52,826 nucleotides of DNA from a virus (IMGVR_UViG_3300025098_000068:1-52826); one strand, 5' to 3'. Shown: positions 19,718 through 29,196, counted from the stretch's first letter. The notes: a model not told the origin generated them from the sequence alone. Numbers and translations: made by a program.

Positions 19718-20267
19718 TAAATAATTCTCCAAATGTTGTGCCAAAGGCTTCAAGTTGTTTTACTGCCACTTCTTCTGTAGCAATCACGTCTGCTATACCA
19801 TATTCTTTCACGATGTCATAGGGTATATCGTAGAATGTTTTACCATCCTTTAGATAAGGTGCAACCAAATCTTTTTCTTTTTGTGTCACGCCGTATCGTT
19901 TTGCAAGGGAGTCAAGACTAAGTGACCACCTTCTTGCTTTAGCTAAGATGTACTCAGCCACCATCGTATCGTACACATGACCATCATATTTAAAGCCACA
20001 TGCTCGTACCCAAGTTAAATCAAACTTCAAGTTCTGTCCCACAAGAACATCAGTCTTATCTAAGGTAGCTTGCATGTTTGCAAACCAATCATCTTCTACA
20101 GATGCTCTTGGGTCTGAGTGGTAGATGAAGTCGTAATCTACCTTATCTTGCCCTAGCCACTTATAACCGATGGATACAAGCCTATTATTAAAATAAGGCA
20201 AAGCAGTAGTGCCACCAGATCCCTTTGTTTTGTGAGTTGTTTCGACATCTAACGTTAGTACCTTCAT
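19683..20267 (-). CDS. 3'-5' proofreading exonuclease domain of the DNA polymerase, separate ORF
   Basis: LDVET (ExoI), NLKFD (ExoII), YGIAD (ExoIII); ATGA-coupled to the HNH gene. Confidence 0.88.
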   Translation of the reverse strand: MKVLTLDVETTHKTKGSGGTTALPYFNNRLVSIGYKWLGQDKVDYDFIYHSDPRASVEDDWFANMQATLDKTDVLVGQNLKFDLTWVRACGFKYDGHVYDTMVAEYILAKARRWSLSLDSLAKRYGVTQKEKDLVAPYLKDGKTFYDIPYDIVKEYGIADVIATEEVAVKQLEAFGTTFGELFNDTYTDTKAFA

Positions 20268-20644
20268 TTCTTTCTCCCAGTTATAGTATGTATCATATGG
20301 CAGTTTGCACAAAGTACTCTACACTTTCTAACTTCTGCCATTAGTGATTTTAAATTGTAAGTGACCATATTAGACACATCTTTTCTCTTACTGCCTATCA
20401 CGTGATCAAACTGTAATGCAAATGGATTCTTTTTATAACCACATATTTGACAACCACATTTCATCTTCAGGTAGTTTAGCCACTTTGTTCTAATTTTTCT
20501 AATTCTTGTTGTTCTTTTTCTCCGTTGTTGCTTTGTTTTATGGAACTGATTAGGTGATCTCCAATCCTCTCCGTTTTTAGACTTTAAATTATATGACCAA
20601 AATACACGACCATCTACGCCAATGTCACCATGTCTGTATGTCAA
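20264..20644 (-). CDS. HNH endonuclease
   Basis: CQICG...FDHV...CRVLCANCH. Confidence 0.85.
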   Translation of the reverse strand: MTYRHGDIGVDGRVFWSYNLKSKNGEDWRSPNQFHKTKQQRRKRTTRIRKIRTKWLNYLKMKCGCQICGYKKNPFALQFDHVIGSKRKDVSNMVTYNLKSLMAEVRKCRVLCANCHMIHTITGRKK

Positions 20645-21873
20645 TAGTAGACTCCTCTATGTACATCTATCTGAGCGTTAATCATACCATGCCACCCGTT
20701 AATCTTATTCTTAGATATACAGATATGCCTGACAATGTTATCTACCTCGCTTGATCCCGTCTTACCAATTCCTATGATAACATCAGCTTCACCTGCCTTA
20801 CCAGTTCTAGAATTGTCCAACATAGAGTAGTCAATAAATTGACGATCATGGGCATCGTAGCTTGCCTGACTGACTGCCCATATAAGTAATTGATTTCGCT
20901 TGGCAATTTCTCTTGCTGTTACATAAGTCTCTTTGAGTCGCTCATCACCACGATTGTATTGACCATCAACACGGAACTTATCTAGCTGATCACAGAACAT
21001 GACATCAGGTTTATTGAGCTTGGCGTACTCGTCCATCTCTTCTACAGATGTACCAACTGAGTCCATGATAGTTAGGTAAGGTTCAATCTCAAAATGGTAT
21101 CGCTCAAGTAGTTTATCTTTTTGCATAACCATTTCTTCTTTGGTCAATTCAAAATAAGATTGAATGATACGTAGCTTGATTCGATTAGCAGGTTCTTCGT
21201 TTGCCCAATAGGTAACTTTGAATTTTTGCTTTATGTACGATGATGCAAGGAAACAACAAAAGGTAGTCTTACCCACTTCAGGTCGAGCAAATAATATACC
21301 TAGATTACCCTTATCCATTCCTTTAACTTTTTCTTGGATAAGGTTGAATTGAAAAGGGAAATCGTTGTCTCCCGCTTCCTCTTCAAGTAGTTGAGCTAAG
21401 TCACTCTCGACAATATTGTAGGTAGTCTTGTCGCTGATCCTACCATCTTCAACTGCATCGATGAGCCTACGTAGCTCACCAAACTCTTCATTCTCTCCCG
21501 TAAATATCTCTAAGGCTTTCTCGCCTATCTGCCTTGCTCTATCTCGTAGCCAAAGATTATTGACCAAGTCTAGGTGAAGTTCATCATTGCTACTTGGCTT
21601 ATCTTCAAGTTCAGATATAACTTCTTGCACTCTGTTTCTAGCTGAGTCAGGCATCGCAGGATTTCTATCGTTGAATATGCCTGCAAGTTCAGACTTAGTT
21701 AAAGTCTTGGCGTACTTTGTGTGAGAATATACAATTGTGTCAAAGATATCTTTTAGTTCCCTATCAAACATATCTCTATCTATTTTGTTCTTTACCTTTG
21801 CAAAGAAATCAACATCTAAACAAAATCCTAAGACTTGTTTATCTACTGATATAATTGTTGATGAAGTCATCAC
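20641..21873 (-). CDS. DnaB-like replicative helicase
   Basis: ARPEVGKT Walker A, FCDQL, AVSQA, ISKNK. Confidence 0.9.
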   Translation of the reverse strand: MMTSSTIISVDKQVLGFCLDVDFFAKVKNKIDRDMFDRELKDIFDTIVYSHTKYAKTLTKSELAGIFNDRNPAMPDSARNRVQEVISELEDKPSSNDELHLDLVNNLWLRDRARQIGEKALEIFTGENEEFGELRRLIDAVEDGRISDKTTYNIVESDLAQLLEEEAGDNDFPFQFNLIQEKVKGMDKGNLGILFARPEVGKTTFCCFLASSYIKQKFKVTYWANEEPANRIKLRIIQSYFELTKEEMVMQKDKLLERYHFEIEPYLTIMDSVGTSVEEMDEYAKLNKPDVMFCDQLDKFRVDGQYNRGDERLKETYVTAREIAKRNQLLIWAVSQASYDAHDRQFIDYSMLDNSRTGKAGEADVIIGIGKTGSSEVDNIVRHICISKNKINGWHGMINAQIDVHRGVYY

Positions 21874-22633
21874 GTTCCTCTTTCTCCATATTTTTCAGGT
21901 CTTTCTTCAGTACCACTAACTTAGTAGGTACATAATTAGACAAATGCCTGACAATGTCAACTGCTTTGCGAGTTGCATCCTTGTCTAACGCTACAAAAAT
22001 TTTTTTATAGTTTTTGATTACTTGTATGTGCGAATCCAAAAGGGAAGTTCCCATCAAGGCTAGTCCTTGAACAAGATTGCTAATACTGCAAGCACTAGGA
22101 CAATCTTCGACAATAAATAAATTCCCTCCCGTTCCACATAAAAAAGGATATCTACTAGTTCCATATCTTAACCACTTCGGTTTACTATTGGTTAAACTTC
22201 GTCCCGTTGCATCAACTACCTTATCTCCTTGCTTAACTAGGTAGACAACACGATCACGTTGGAAGTCATATCTAATATCAGCCAAGCCTGACAAATAAGC
22301 ATCATAGGAATGTACTTCTTTGACATAGTTCTCAGCGTTGATATTGCGAGACAAAGAGACAAACGTATCAGGTATACTGAAATCGATGTCTGTCTCTTCT
22401 TGTTTAGTTTCTCTTTTGACAAATGCCTGACTTGAATTATCTTTAGTCAAGCTTATACCAGTTCCACCCTTAGTGTGACAATCAGCGTGAAAGCAATACC
22501 ACAATCTTTCAAACCCGTTATCACTCACACTAAAAGTGTTAGGCTTGCCACATAGAGGGCAATCAGACCGATAACGCCCATAGCTAGAAATGGGAAGGGA
22601 TTCAACATAACTCTTCAACCACTTCGGATTCAT
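21839..22633 (-). CDS. DNA primase (Zn finger + TOPRIM)
   Basis: CPLC...CFHADC; IVED; ALDKD. Confidence 0.88.
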   Translation of the reverse strand: MNPKWLKSYVESLPISSYGRYRSDCPLCGKPNTFSVSDNGFERLWYCFHADCHTKGGTGISLTKDNSSQAFVKRETKQEETDIDFSIPDTFVSLSRNINAENYVKEVHSYDAYLSGLADIRYDFQRDRVVYLVKQGDKVVDATGRSLTNSKPKWLRYGTSRYPFLCGTGGNLFIVEDCPSACSISNLVQGLALMGTSLLDSHIQVIKNYKKIFVALDKDATRKAVDIVRHLSNYVPTKLVVLKKDLKNMEKEERDDFINNYISR

Positions 22634-22890
22634 TTAGACATAGCCTGCTTATACTGCTTGGTATTCACAGTATAGACTTGCCCTAGCCTATCTAGGTCGT
22701 ACCCATGACTAAGTAAGTTACGTGACTTTGCCACACAGATAGGTATCCATGTTAGGTAGTCTCGTTGATTACCTAGCTTAACTTGCTCCTTATCAACAAT
22801 ACCTACTCTAACTGCTGATAACTTTGCCCACATTACGTGTTGTTTATCGTGGGTACGTACAGTTATATCAGTCTTCACTTGTTCGTTCAT
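22630..22890 (-). CDS. Hypothetical protein
   Basis: Coupled operon member. Confidence 0.6.
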   Translation of the reverse strand: MNEQVKTDITVRTHDKQHVMWAKLSAVRVGIVDKEQVKLGNQRDYLTWIPICVAKSRNLLSHGYDLDRLGQVYTVNTKQYKQAMSK

Positions 22891-23074
22891 CTGCTATCCT
22901 CAAATCTTCTAAGTATAGTTTTATTGCATTTCGGATTAGATCAGCTACGCTTATTTGGCTAGCGTATCTATCTGTCTCCCTAGTAGCAAATTTCTCTAGT
23001 TCGTCATAGTCTGCTTTCGAGACTGTTAAGTTATAGCTTTTAGTCTCTTCATTTATCTTAAAAGGTCGGCTCAT
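22868..23074 (-). CDS. Ribbon-helix-helix (CopG/Arc-like) DNA-binding protein
   Basis: SYNLTVS beta strand, helix, then SVADLIRNAIKLYL; first gene of the operon; AGGAG SD. Confidence 0.7.
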   Translation of the reverse strand: MSRPFKINEETKSYNLTVSKADYDELEKFATRETDRYASQISVADLIRNAIKLYLEDLRIADERTSED

Positions 23075-23125
23075 ATTAACTCCTAACTATCCTCGTATGG
23101 GGTGTATCTCCCAACGGGATAAGTG

Positions 23126-23155
23126 CGTATACCACGAGATCATATTTTACGTCAA
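23126..23155 (-). promoter_or_regulatory. Sigma70-type promoter of the replication operon
   Basis: TTGACG-N18-TATACG on the minus strand. Confidence 0.6.
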
Positions 23156-23178
23156 TAAAATAATTTAAAAAAAATAAT

Positions 23179-23208
23179 TTGACATATGTTTTTACTTAGA
23201 TGTATAAG
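23179..23208 (+). promoter_or_regulatory. Sigma70-type promoter, divergent from the previous one, shared AT-rich UP tract
   Basis: TTGACA-N18-TATAAG; A/T tract 23156-23178. Confidence 0.65.
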
Positions 23209-23239
23209 ATACCCTGACCATAAATTATAGGAGAGACAT

Positions 23240-23470
23240 ATGGCTAAGAAAAAAACTGAATATGAATCACTTGAAATCAGCAGACAAAAAGGTATTCAAG
23301 GCATGAGTGAGGAACAGATGAAAGCAGTTAAAGAAACTGAACAACATTTAAGTTCAGCACTACAGATGTTGTTTGATTGTCAAGATTTATATCTGTCTGA
23401 CATAAGAAACTTAGAGCAAAGTATGTGGGATTTAAGACGTAGCTTTGACTTAGATAGAAGGGATTGGTAA
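23240..23470 (+). CDS. Hypothetical early protein
   Basis: AGGAG SD. Confidence 0.75.
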   Translation: MAKKKTEYESLEISRQKGIQGMSEEQMKAVKETEQHLSSALQMLFDCQDLYLSDIRNLEQSMWDLRRSFDLDRRDW

Positions 23471-23643
23471 TGACACCAACCGATAAAAAAAGAATGAACT
23501 ATCTTAGTTTCTTTAAAGATGGAGTTGCAGATGCTTTACTGCATGGCAATAGAGATGAAAGCAAACTATTTTCAGCCTACTACAAACAAGGTTATGATTT
23601 TGGTTTGACTATGTGGAATGAACAACAAGGGGAAAAAGCATGA
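23470..23643 (+). CDS. 57-aa hypothetical protein (G..D...G...YKQGYDFG)
   Basis: Read by hand; TAATG and ATGA coupling. Confidence 0.7.
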   Translation: MTPTDKKRMNYLSFFKDGVADALLHGNRDESKLFSAYYKQGYDFGLTMWNEQQGEKA

Positions 23644-24800
23644 TTTATTTAGAGTTATTCTCAGGTGGTAGTGTAGCTAGGCAATCTGTAAAAGAGTTAG
23701 GATTGCCCGTTACTAGGTGGTATTCATCAGAGATCAATAAGTTTCCAATACAGATAGCTAATGATAACCACGATGATCTAATTCATCTAGGTGATGTACG
23801 AGGTGTACTAGATAAGATAGTCTCACACAAAGACATCGACGTTATCTTTTGTGGCTCACCTTGTCAGGGATTTTCCGTAGCAGGCAAGCAACTCAACTTT
23901 GAACACGAACAATCTAAGTTGTTCTTTGAGTTCCTAAAGATATACAAAGCTATCTACGATGTTAATCCTCATGTTAAGCTACTTTTTGAAAACGTGAAGA
24001 TGAAAAAAGAATGGGAAGACATTATCCTATCTAAACTACAAGAGATCAATCCAAAGCTAAAGCTACACATTATTGATTCGGCTTTGGTATCTGCTCAACG
24101 TAGAGTTCGCATGTACATAACTGATATAGAGTTCGAGATGCCTGAAGATAGAGGTATCGTACTTAAAGACATTATCGAGTGTGGTTGTGTAGATAGAAAC
24201 AAGTCGTACTGTCTTGACGCTAACTATTGGAAAGGCGGTAACTTGAAGATGTACTTTGAGAAGTCACGTAGACAATTAGTATTTGGCGATGGTTGTCATC
24301 AGGTGGGAGTAGCTGATATCAAAGGCTATGACATTATCAAAAGAGTTTACTCTATTCATGGCAAGTGTCCTACCTTAACTACTATGCAAGGTGGACACAG
24401 AGAACCTAAGATACTTTGTAATTCTGCATCAATCAAGGGCAGAAGAATAGATAGCAATGGTGTACGTAAAGATGATGACACTAGCCTACCTATTGTGCAA
24501 ACACTTGAGGTATCAGATTCAGGTAAGTCAAGATGCTTATCTACCTTAACTAAGGATACAGTTGTTTCACCTTTGCCTAAAGGTAGATACCCTGATGCTT
24601 ATGGAGAACATAAGTTACATTGGAGAAAGCTAACTGTTAAGGAATGTTGTAGGTTACAAACCTTACCTGATGATTACTGTAAATCTGTAAGTAATTCTCA
24701 AGGCTACAAGATGCTTGGCAATGGTTGGAATAATGAAACTATCAAATCTATATTAAAGGGTTTGACACTCGAAAATAAATTTGGTAGGGAATTAGCCTGA
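23640..24800 (+). CDS. DNA (cytosine-5) methyltransferase
   Basis: LELFSG (I), GSPCQGFS (IV), ENV (VI), QRRVR (VIII), LGNGW (X). Confidence 0.92.
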   Translation: MIYLELFSGGSVARQSVKELGLPVTRWYSSEINKFPIQIANDNHDDLIHLGDVRGVLDKIVSHKDIDVIFCGSPCQGFSVAGKQLNFEHEQSKLFFEFLKIYKAIYDVNPHVKLLFENVKMKKEWEDIILSKLQEINPKLKLHIIDSALVSAQRRVRMYITDIEFEMPEDRGIVLKDIIECGCVDRNKSYCLDANYWKGGNLKMYFEKSRRQLVFGDGCHQVGVADIKGYDIIKRVYSIHGKCPTLTTMQGGHREPKILCNSASIKGRRIDSNGVRKDDDTSLPIVQTLEVSDSGKSRCLSTLTKDTVVSPLPKGRYPDAYGEHKLHWRKLTVKECCRLQTLPDDYCKSVSNSQGYKMLGNGWNNETIKSILKGLTLENKFGRELA

Positions 24801-24832
24801 AAGAAAATGTACGACACTATGGAGAGATCGTG

Positions 24833-25024
24833 ATGACAATGATACAACCAATTAGTTTAGATAAACATCTTGTGGATTGTGTAGCTGAATACAAAAAGCT
24901 AAGACAGTTACAATACGATTGTGAATGGAATGGACAAACTGAACAAGCTAGTCTATATAGAAATCAAAGTGTACGACTAAAGAAGTTAATTAAAGATGGT
25001 GTACTTTACCAACCAAAGTTTTAG
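24833..25024 (+). CDS. Hypothetical protein
   Basis: GGAG SD. Confidence 0.65.
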   Translation: MTMIQPISLDKHLVDCVAEYKKLRQLQYDCEWNGQTEQASLYRNQSVRLKKLIKDGVLYQPKF

Positions 25025-25034
25025 GAGAAACAAA

Positions 25035-25184
25035 ATGGATAAGAAAGAAATAGTAAAATGTATAGTCGATCTGTATTGGGATTACGATAGGCTATCTAGT
25101 AGTGGGCAAGAGACGCTAGATAAACTAGCTAAGTTACATGGCATTGCAACTGAAGAGGAAGTCAAAGGAGCGATTGATGGCTAA
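25035..25184 (+). CDS. Hypothetical protein (LYWDYDRLSSSGQETL)
   Basis: AGGAG SD before ATG 25035. Confidence 0.7.
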   Translation: MDKKEIVKCIVDLYWDYDRLSSSGQETLDKLAKLHGIATEEEVKGAIDG

Positions 25185-25941
25185 ATATTATTCAAGAAGT
25201 AAACAGAAGTTTATAGACATAGCTACTATGACAGATCAATATGTTAGACACGCTCTTATACAGAAGTGTAAACATGAACCTACTGAAGATGTTATGTTTG
25301 CCCAACAACAAGCTGAAAGAGCAACTAGGCTAGAAGAAGAGAAGATATCTATGGGATACAAGATATCCGAATACAAAGATAGGATAATCACTTTAGAGAA
25401 CTCAATCAGAAAACTGAACAGTCAACCTACTGTAACGGCAGATGCTTACAATGTTGCTTGGAAAAAGATCGAGACACTTGAGAAGGAAAACAAAAAACTA
25501 AAAAATGAATTCTCTAGTCAGTTTGATTACTCAAAGAATATTGTTAGGGATTTAAGAGCGGAGAACGCTAGGCTTGTAGATAAGCTAGAAAGAGATGATC
25601 ATGGTGTTGGCGAAATAGAGAGACAAAGAGATGACGCTATCTTTGATCTAAAGCAAGCTAAAAATCGTATGATGATGTACGCTGAGATGCTTAAGGACAA
25701 ATGTCCAAATGGTCACGCTTATGTCTTTAGCGAGATACCTAACGACGATGAGGGTAGAGAGTTTGTACAAAAGATGAAAGGCTATCTAAATAAGGAGAGC
25801 TACAAGCTACGAGTTAAAGGTCAGTACTTAGACGAGGAAACCAAAAAGACAGAGGGTTGGAAAGTGCATCAGTATGGTCAACCTATCAGTAAGTCTAAGT
25901 GTCTTAGGGTTTATGTAGATGTGAAGAAAGATGACAAATAA
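25177..25941 (+). CDS. Coiled-coil hypothetical protein
   Basis: AAGGAG SD before ATG 25177; long heptad region. Confidence 0.75.
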   Translation: MAKYYSRSKQKFIDIATMTDQYVRHALIQKCKHEPTEDVMFAQQQAERATRLEEEKISMGYKISEYKDRIITLENSIRKLNSQPTVTADAYNVAWKKIETLEKENKKLKNEFSSQFDYSKNIVRDLRAENARLVDKLERDDHGVGEIERQRDDAIFDLKQAKNRMMMYAEMLKDKCPNGHAYVFSEIPNDDEGREFVQKMKGYLNKESYKLRVKGQYLDEETKKTEGWKVHQYGQPISKSKCLRVYVDVKKDDK

Positions 25942-26113
25942 GATGACACTAAAACATGACAAATCAAATGACACTAATGAGCATGGCTACATGTGCGATA
26001 AGTGTGGAGATAGAGGAGATGTTTTTAGCTTAGGTAGACTTCTTTGTGCTATCTGCTATCTGCTTGAGTTTGCACCTGAAAGAGTAGATAAGTTAAAGAG
26101 AAAAATAATTTGA
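25931..26113 (+). CDS. Small zinc-finger protein
   Basis: CDKC...CAIC. Confidence 0.6.
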   Translation: MTNKMTLKHDKSNDTNEHGYMCDKCGDRGDVFSLGRLLCAICYLLEFAPERVDKLKRKII

Positions 26114-26171
26114 CTAGGTAATCTATCTGTAGTAACAAATAATCTCATTCACATTTTATAGGAGAAATCGA

Positions 26172-26327
26172 ATGCAAGATAAGATAGATAACATACAAAG
26201 AAAGTTTGCCTATTTTGGGTTTGCTTGTTCCCCACTAACAAGAAGAAAGATAGCTAGTCTTTTAATCAGAGGTTTTGATGATCAGGCTATCTACACTATT
26301 GGTTGTGGAGTTTTTGCAAATGAGTAG
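26172..26327 (+). CDS. 51-aa hypothetical protein
   Basis: Read by hand; AGGAG SD, downstream of the promoter at 26110. Confidence 0.6.
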   Translation: MQDKIDNIQRKFAYFGFACSPLTRRKIASLLIRGFDDQAIYTIGCGVFANE

Positions 26328-26661
26328 AGAACATTTCCACGAAAGCCAAATAGAAGATAGAGTAACTCAGCTTATGGAAGAGGGTATGTCAGATGAAGAC
26401 GCTATCCAAAAAGCAGAAAGCGAGTACGATGGTCAAGTTAATCTAGTTGAGGAACAAGCACTCAAGATACATAAAACTGAAGAGTATCGAAAAGAACTTA
26501 GGCAAGGTGTGTATCCAAGTGAGATACTCGTATCCAAGTTAACAACTTATCTAGATAGAATAGCTAATTCAACTAACCATACTATTGAAGTGAACTTGTT
26601 TTGTAGTGAAACTTTAGATCAAATTGCAGATTGGAAGAAGGAGATAAACAATGCAGAATAA
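26320..26661 (+). CDS. Acidic hypothetical protein
   Basis: GGAG SD before MSR start. Confidence 0.65.
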   Translation: MSREHFHESQIEDRVTQLMEEGMSDEDAIQKAESEYDGQVNLVEEQALKIHKTEEYRKELRQGVYPSEILVSKLTTYLDRIANSTNHTIEVNLFCSETLDQIADWKKEINNAE

Positions 26662-27031
26662 GATAGCACGTATCCACGTTAACCAACACGTAATCAAAGC
26701 TAATGCTAAATCAGGCGATCGTAATCCCGTATTCACAATCAAACAAGGTGGGAAGAATACCTATGCTACTAGAGTTAAGGTCAAAGGTGAGATGGAGTTA
26801 GTTTACTCACCTGATAAGCCACTTTCTTGTGGAGCTAAAGTTTGGATAGAAACACGTGGAGATATTGAGCTTGACAAACCGATCGACACTAAAGTTTCAG
26901 TAGGTAATGTTTCAGTCGAGCCTACCCACAACCTAGCAGTCAATTTAGATAGGGCATTAACAGAATTTCTAGCTAGGAAAAGAAAAAAAGTTCTAAATAA
27001 AAATAAATTATCTGCTTGTTTATCTAGTTAA
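26651..27031 (+). CDS. Conserved marine-phage hypothetical protein
   Basis: IHVNQH...KPLSCGAKVWIET motif, recalled from marine phages. Confidence 0.7.
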   Translation: MQNKIARIHVNQHVIKANAKSGDRNPVFTIKQGGKNTYATRVKVKGEMELVYSPDKPLSCGAKVWIETRGDIELDKPIDTKVSVGNVSVEPTHNLAVNLDRALTEFLARKRKKVLNKNKLSACLSS

Positions 27032-27108
27032 GATAGTTTACAAATCTACCTAGCTACTAATTAAGGTAGTTTAACAACAACACTTTTAGTGTAGAAAGAG
27101 AAAATATT

Positions 27109-28128
27109 ATGGATAGCGTAATAACCATAGATCAAGATACTAATCTTAAATCCAACGAACTTCACGAACATTCAAATCCTTTTGATGTTTCATTATTTGA
27201 AGACAATGCGAAGATAAAAAGAATTCCATTGTATGCTTATGATGAAGATGAATATGGAGTTGGTAACCAAGTTAAGCTTGAAAGATATTCAGGTTTATAT
27301 AATGAAAGCTTGAATAAGGTTTTACAATCTAGACCAATTGCAGATACTTATAAACTTGTACCTCACCAAGATTTATTTGCATTGCAAGCTAACATTTTAG
27401 ATAAAACAGATTTACCTAAAACAAATGTGCGAGTAGTAGATAAGCTTATCAATGGTGGCTTACAAGCTCAAAGAACTATTTACTACGATGATTTAGCCGT
27501 TCCCGTTTCTAATGATAGAGATATTGTTAAGGCTAGAATTGATATTTTTAATTCTGTTGATACTAGTTGGGCTTTCCAAGTTTTTAGCGGAGCTTACAGA
27601 AACTTATGCAGAAACACTTTAGTTTTTGGCGGGGAAAAATCTTATCATCAAAAGAAGAAACATACTTTAAATCTTAATCCGTCCGCAATGGTTCAAAAGG
27701 CGGGTTTGGGCTTGTCAATGTGGTCGCACCAAAAAGACTTGATGTTGAATTGGCGTGGTATCCAAATCACAGATCAACAATTTGCAGATATGTTAAAAGA
27801 AACTATCTGTACTAAGAAAACTAAATCTGCTGAAGTTGGCGTCAATCCCGTAAATGAAACTAAGCTTAATTACTTGCTTGGCTTATTTGATGAAGAAAAG
27901 AAAGAGCTAGGTTCTACACTTTGGGGAGCTTATAACGCCTTAACACATTGGTCGACACATACTGATTATAAGGTGGAAAGATATAATCCTGAAACTCATA
28001 AATTAGAAACTATTAATGGTGGTCGCACCAATGCCAACAAACCAAACGTGGAAAGACAAAGAGCAGATGTTGTAAGAGAATTACTTACTTCAGATGCTTG
28101 GCAATCTTTAGAAATGGCTAACGCCTAA
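27109..28128 (+). CDS. DUF932-like phage/plasmid protein
   Basis: FNSVDTS...GAYRNLCRNT and TLWGAYNALT motifs. Confidence 0.75.
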   Translation: MDSVITIDQDTNLKSNELHEHSNPFDVSLFEDNAKIKRIPLYAYDEDEYGVGNQVKLERYSGLYNESLNKVLQSRPIADTYKLVPHQDLFALQANILDKTDLPKTNVRVVDKLINGGLQAQRTIYYDDLAVPVSNDRDIVKARIDIFNSVDTSWAFQVFSGAYRNLCRNTLVFGGEKSYHQKKKHTLNLNPSAMVQKAGLGLSMWSHQKDLMLNWRGIQITDQQFADMLKETICTKKTKSAEVGVNPVNETKLNYLLGLFDEEKKELGSTLWGAYNALTHWSTHTDYKVERYNPETHKLETINGGRTNANKPNVERQRADVVRELLTSDAWQSLEMANA

Positions 28129-28220
28129 TGAATAGTGGCTTAGAATTAGCATACGTAATTTATAGGACAGTTGTGGTTATTCTCTTCTGTCTTATAATTT
28201 ACGCTATTATAATTGTTTAA
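28128..28220 (+). CDS. 30-aa single-TM peptide
   Basis: Read by hand; TAATG coupling; VVVILFCLIIYAIIIV. Confidence 0.5.
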   Translation: MNSGLELAYVIYRTVVVILFCLIIYAIIIV

Positions 28221-28236
28221 CTTAGGAGAAATAAAC

Positions 28237-28710
28237 ATGAAAAGATTACACTTAAACAAAATGTCTACTTTACTTGAAAGTTTGGAAGTTGTCGCACGTA
28301 ATGCTAAAAACAAAGGTCACAGATCGGGTTTCAGATGCCATGAACTTGCATTGCAATTGGCTGATCAATTCAAAGTTTTTGAACCTACACTTGAAAGCGT
28401 AATTACCAACAAGGAAAATAAAAACAATCCTTTTAAAATCAAAGGTAATGACACGCTGACACGTGGAGAATTTCAAGTTTACAAAGTGATACGTGACAAC
28501 AAAGAAAACCTTGTCAGAGTAATTGACATATACCAAGACAAGACACATGACAAAGCTTTTAACACGATCAGACAATACGTAAACATTCTTAAACAAAAAG
28601 GGTATTTACAAACCATTAAGATTAAAGGTGATCGTTTTAAATACTATAAAGCTTATCCACTTTCATTCAATACGATGGATAGAAACTTGGTTAATAAATT
28701 ATCTAGTTGA
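28237..28710 (+). CDS. Putative winged-helix DNA-binding protein
   Basis: LTRGEFQVYKVI...TIRQYVNILKQKGYL plus wing; AGGAG SD. Confidence 0.6.
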   Translation: MKRLHLNKMSTLLESLEVVARNAKNKGHRSGFRCHELALQLADQFKVFEPTLESVITNKENKNNPFKIKGNDTLTRGEFQVYKVIRDNKENLVRVIDIYQDKTHDKAFNTIRQYVNILKQKGYLQTIKIKGDRFKYYKAYPLSFNTMDRNLVNKLSS

Positions 28711-28736
28711 CATTAAAAAAAAGATAAGATTATAAT
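28707..28736 (+). promoter_or_regulatory. Consensus sigma70 promoter
   Basis: TTGACA-N18-TATAAT. Confidence 0.75.
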
Positions 28737-28738
28737 TG

Positions 28739-28771
28739 AACCACTCAAGGCTTTTCTTGGGTGGTTTTTTT
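28739..28771 (+). terminator. Intrinsic terminator
   Basis: AACCACTCAAG/CTTGGGTGGTT stem followed by a T-run. Confidence 0.75.
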
Positions 28772-28808
28772 AAAACCTTAATTTTTAAATAGAAAAGGAT
28801 TTCTTACA

Positions 28809-29195
28809 ATGGAAACAAAACAATATTTAATTAAAAGTGAATACGATTTTAACAATAAAAAATTTAATGCAGTTAATAATTGCGAGCTTACAGTTCAATT
28901 TAAAGTAATGGACAGTTGCTGTTTGGTCGAGATTGTTGGGCGTTATAATGGTCGTACCAATGAAGAATTTAAACATCAAATATTTTGCCATAAAGATCAG
29001 ATGTTGAAGATTTTACCTAATGTAAACGATCAAGTCGCAAAGGTTGATGAACCAGTTAGTAAAGATAGGGTTTTAATTGATCAGAATATAGGCGTTATTT
29101 TTGAAGAGGAAGAAACCAAAAAAGCACTCTATCAATTGGGCTTACATGGTCAATTAGATCTTGAAGATGCAATTGCAGAAAAGAAAGGGAACTAA
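28809..29195 (+). CDS. Hypothetical early protein
   Basis: AAGGA SD. Confidence 0.7.
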   Translation: METKQYLIKSEYDFNNKKFNAVNNCELTVQFKVMDSCCLVEIVGRYNGRTNEEFKHQIFCHKDQMLKILPNVNDQVAKVDEPVSKDRVLIDQNIGVIFEEEETKKALYQLGLHGQLDLEDAIAEKKGN

Positions 29196-29196
29196 C

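Noticed and set aside
26871-26900. TTGACA inside the 26651 gene
   Set aside because: No TA at the -10 position with a 16-18 nt spacer
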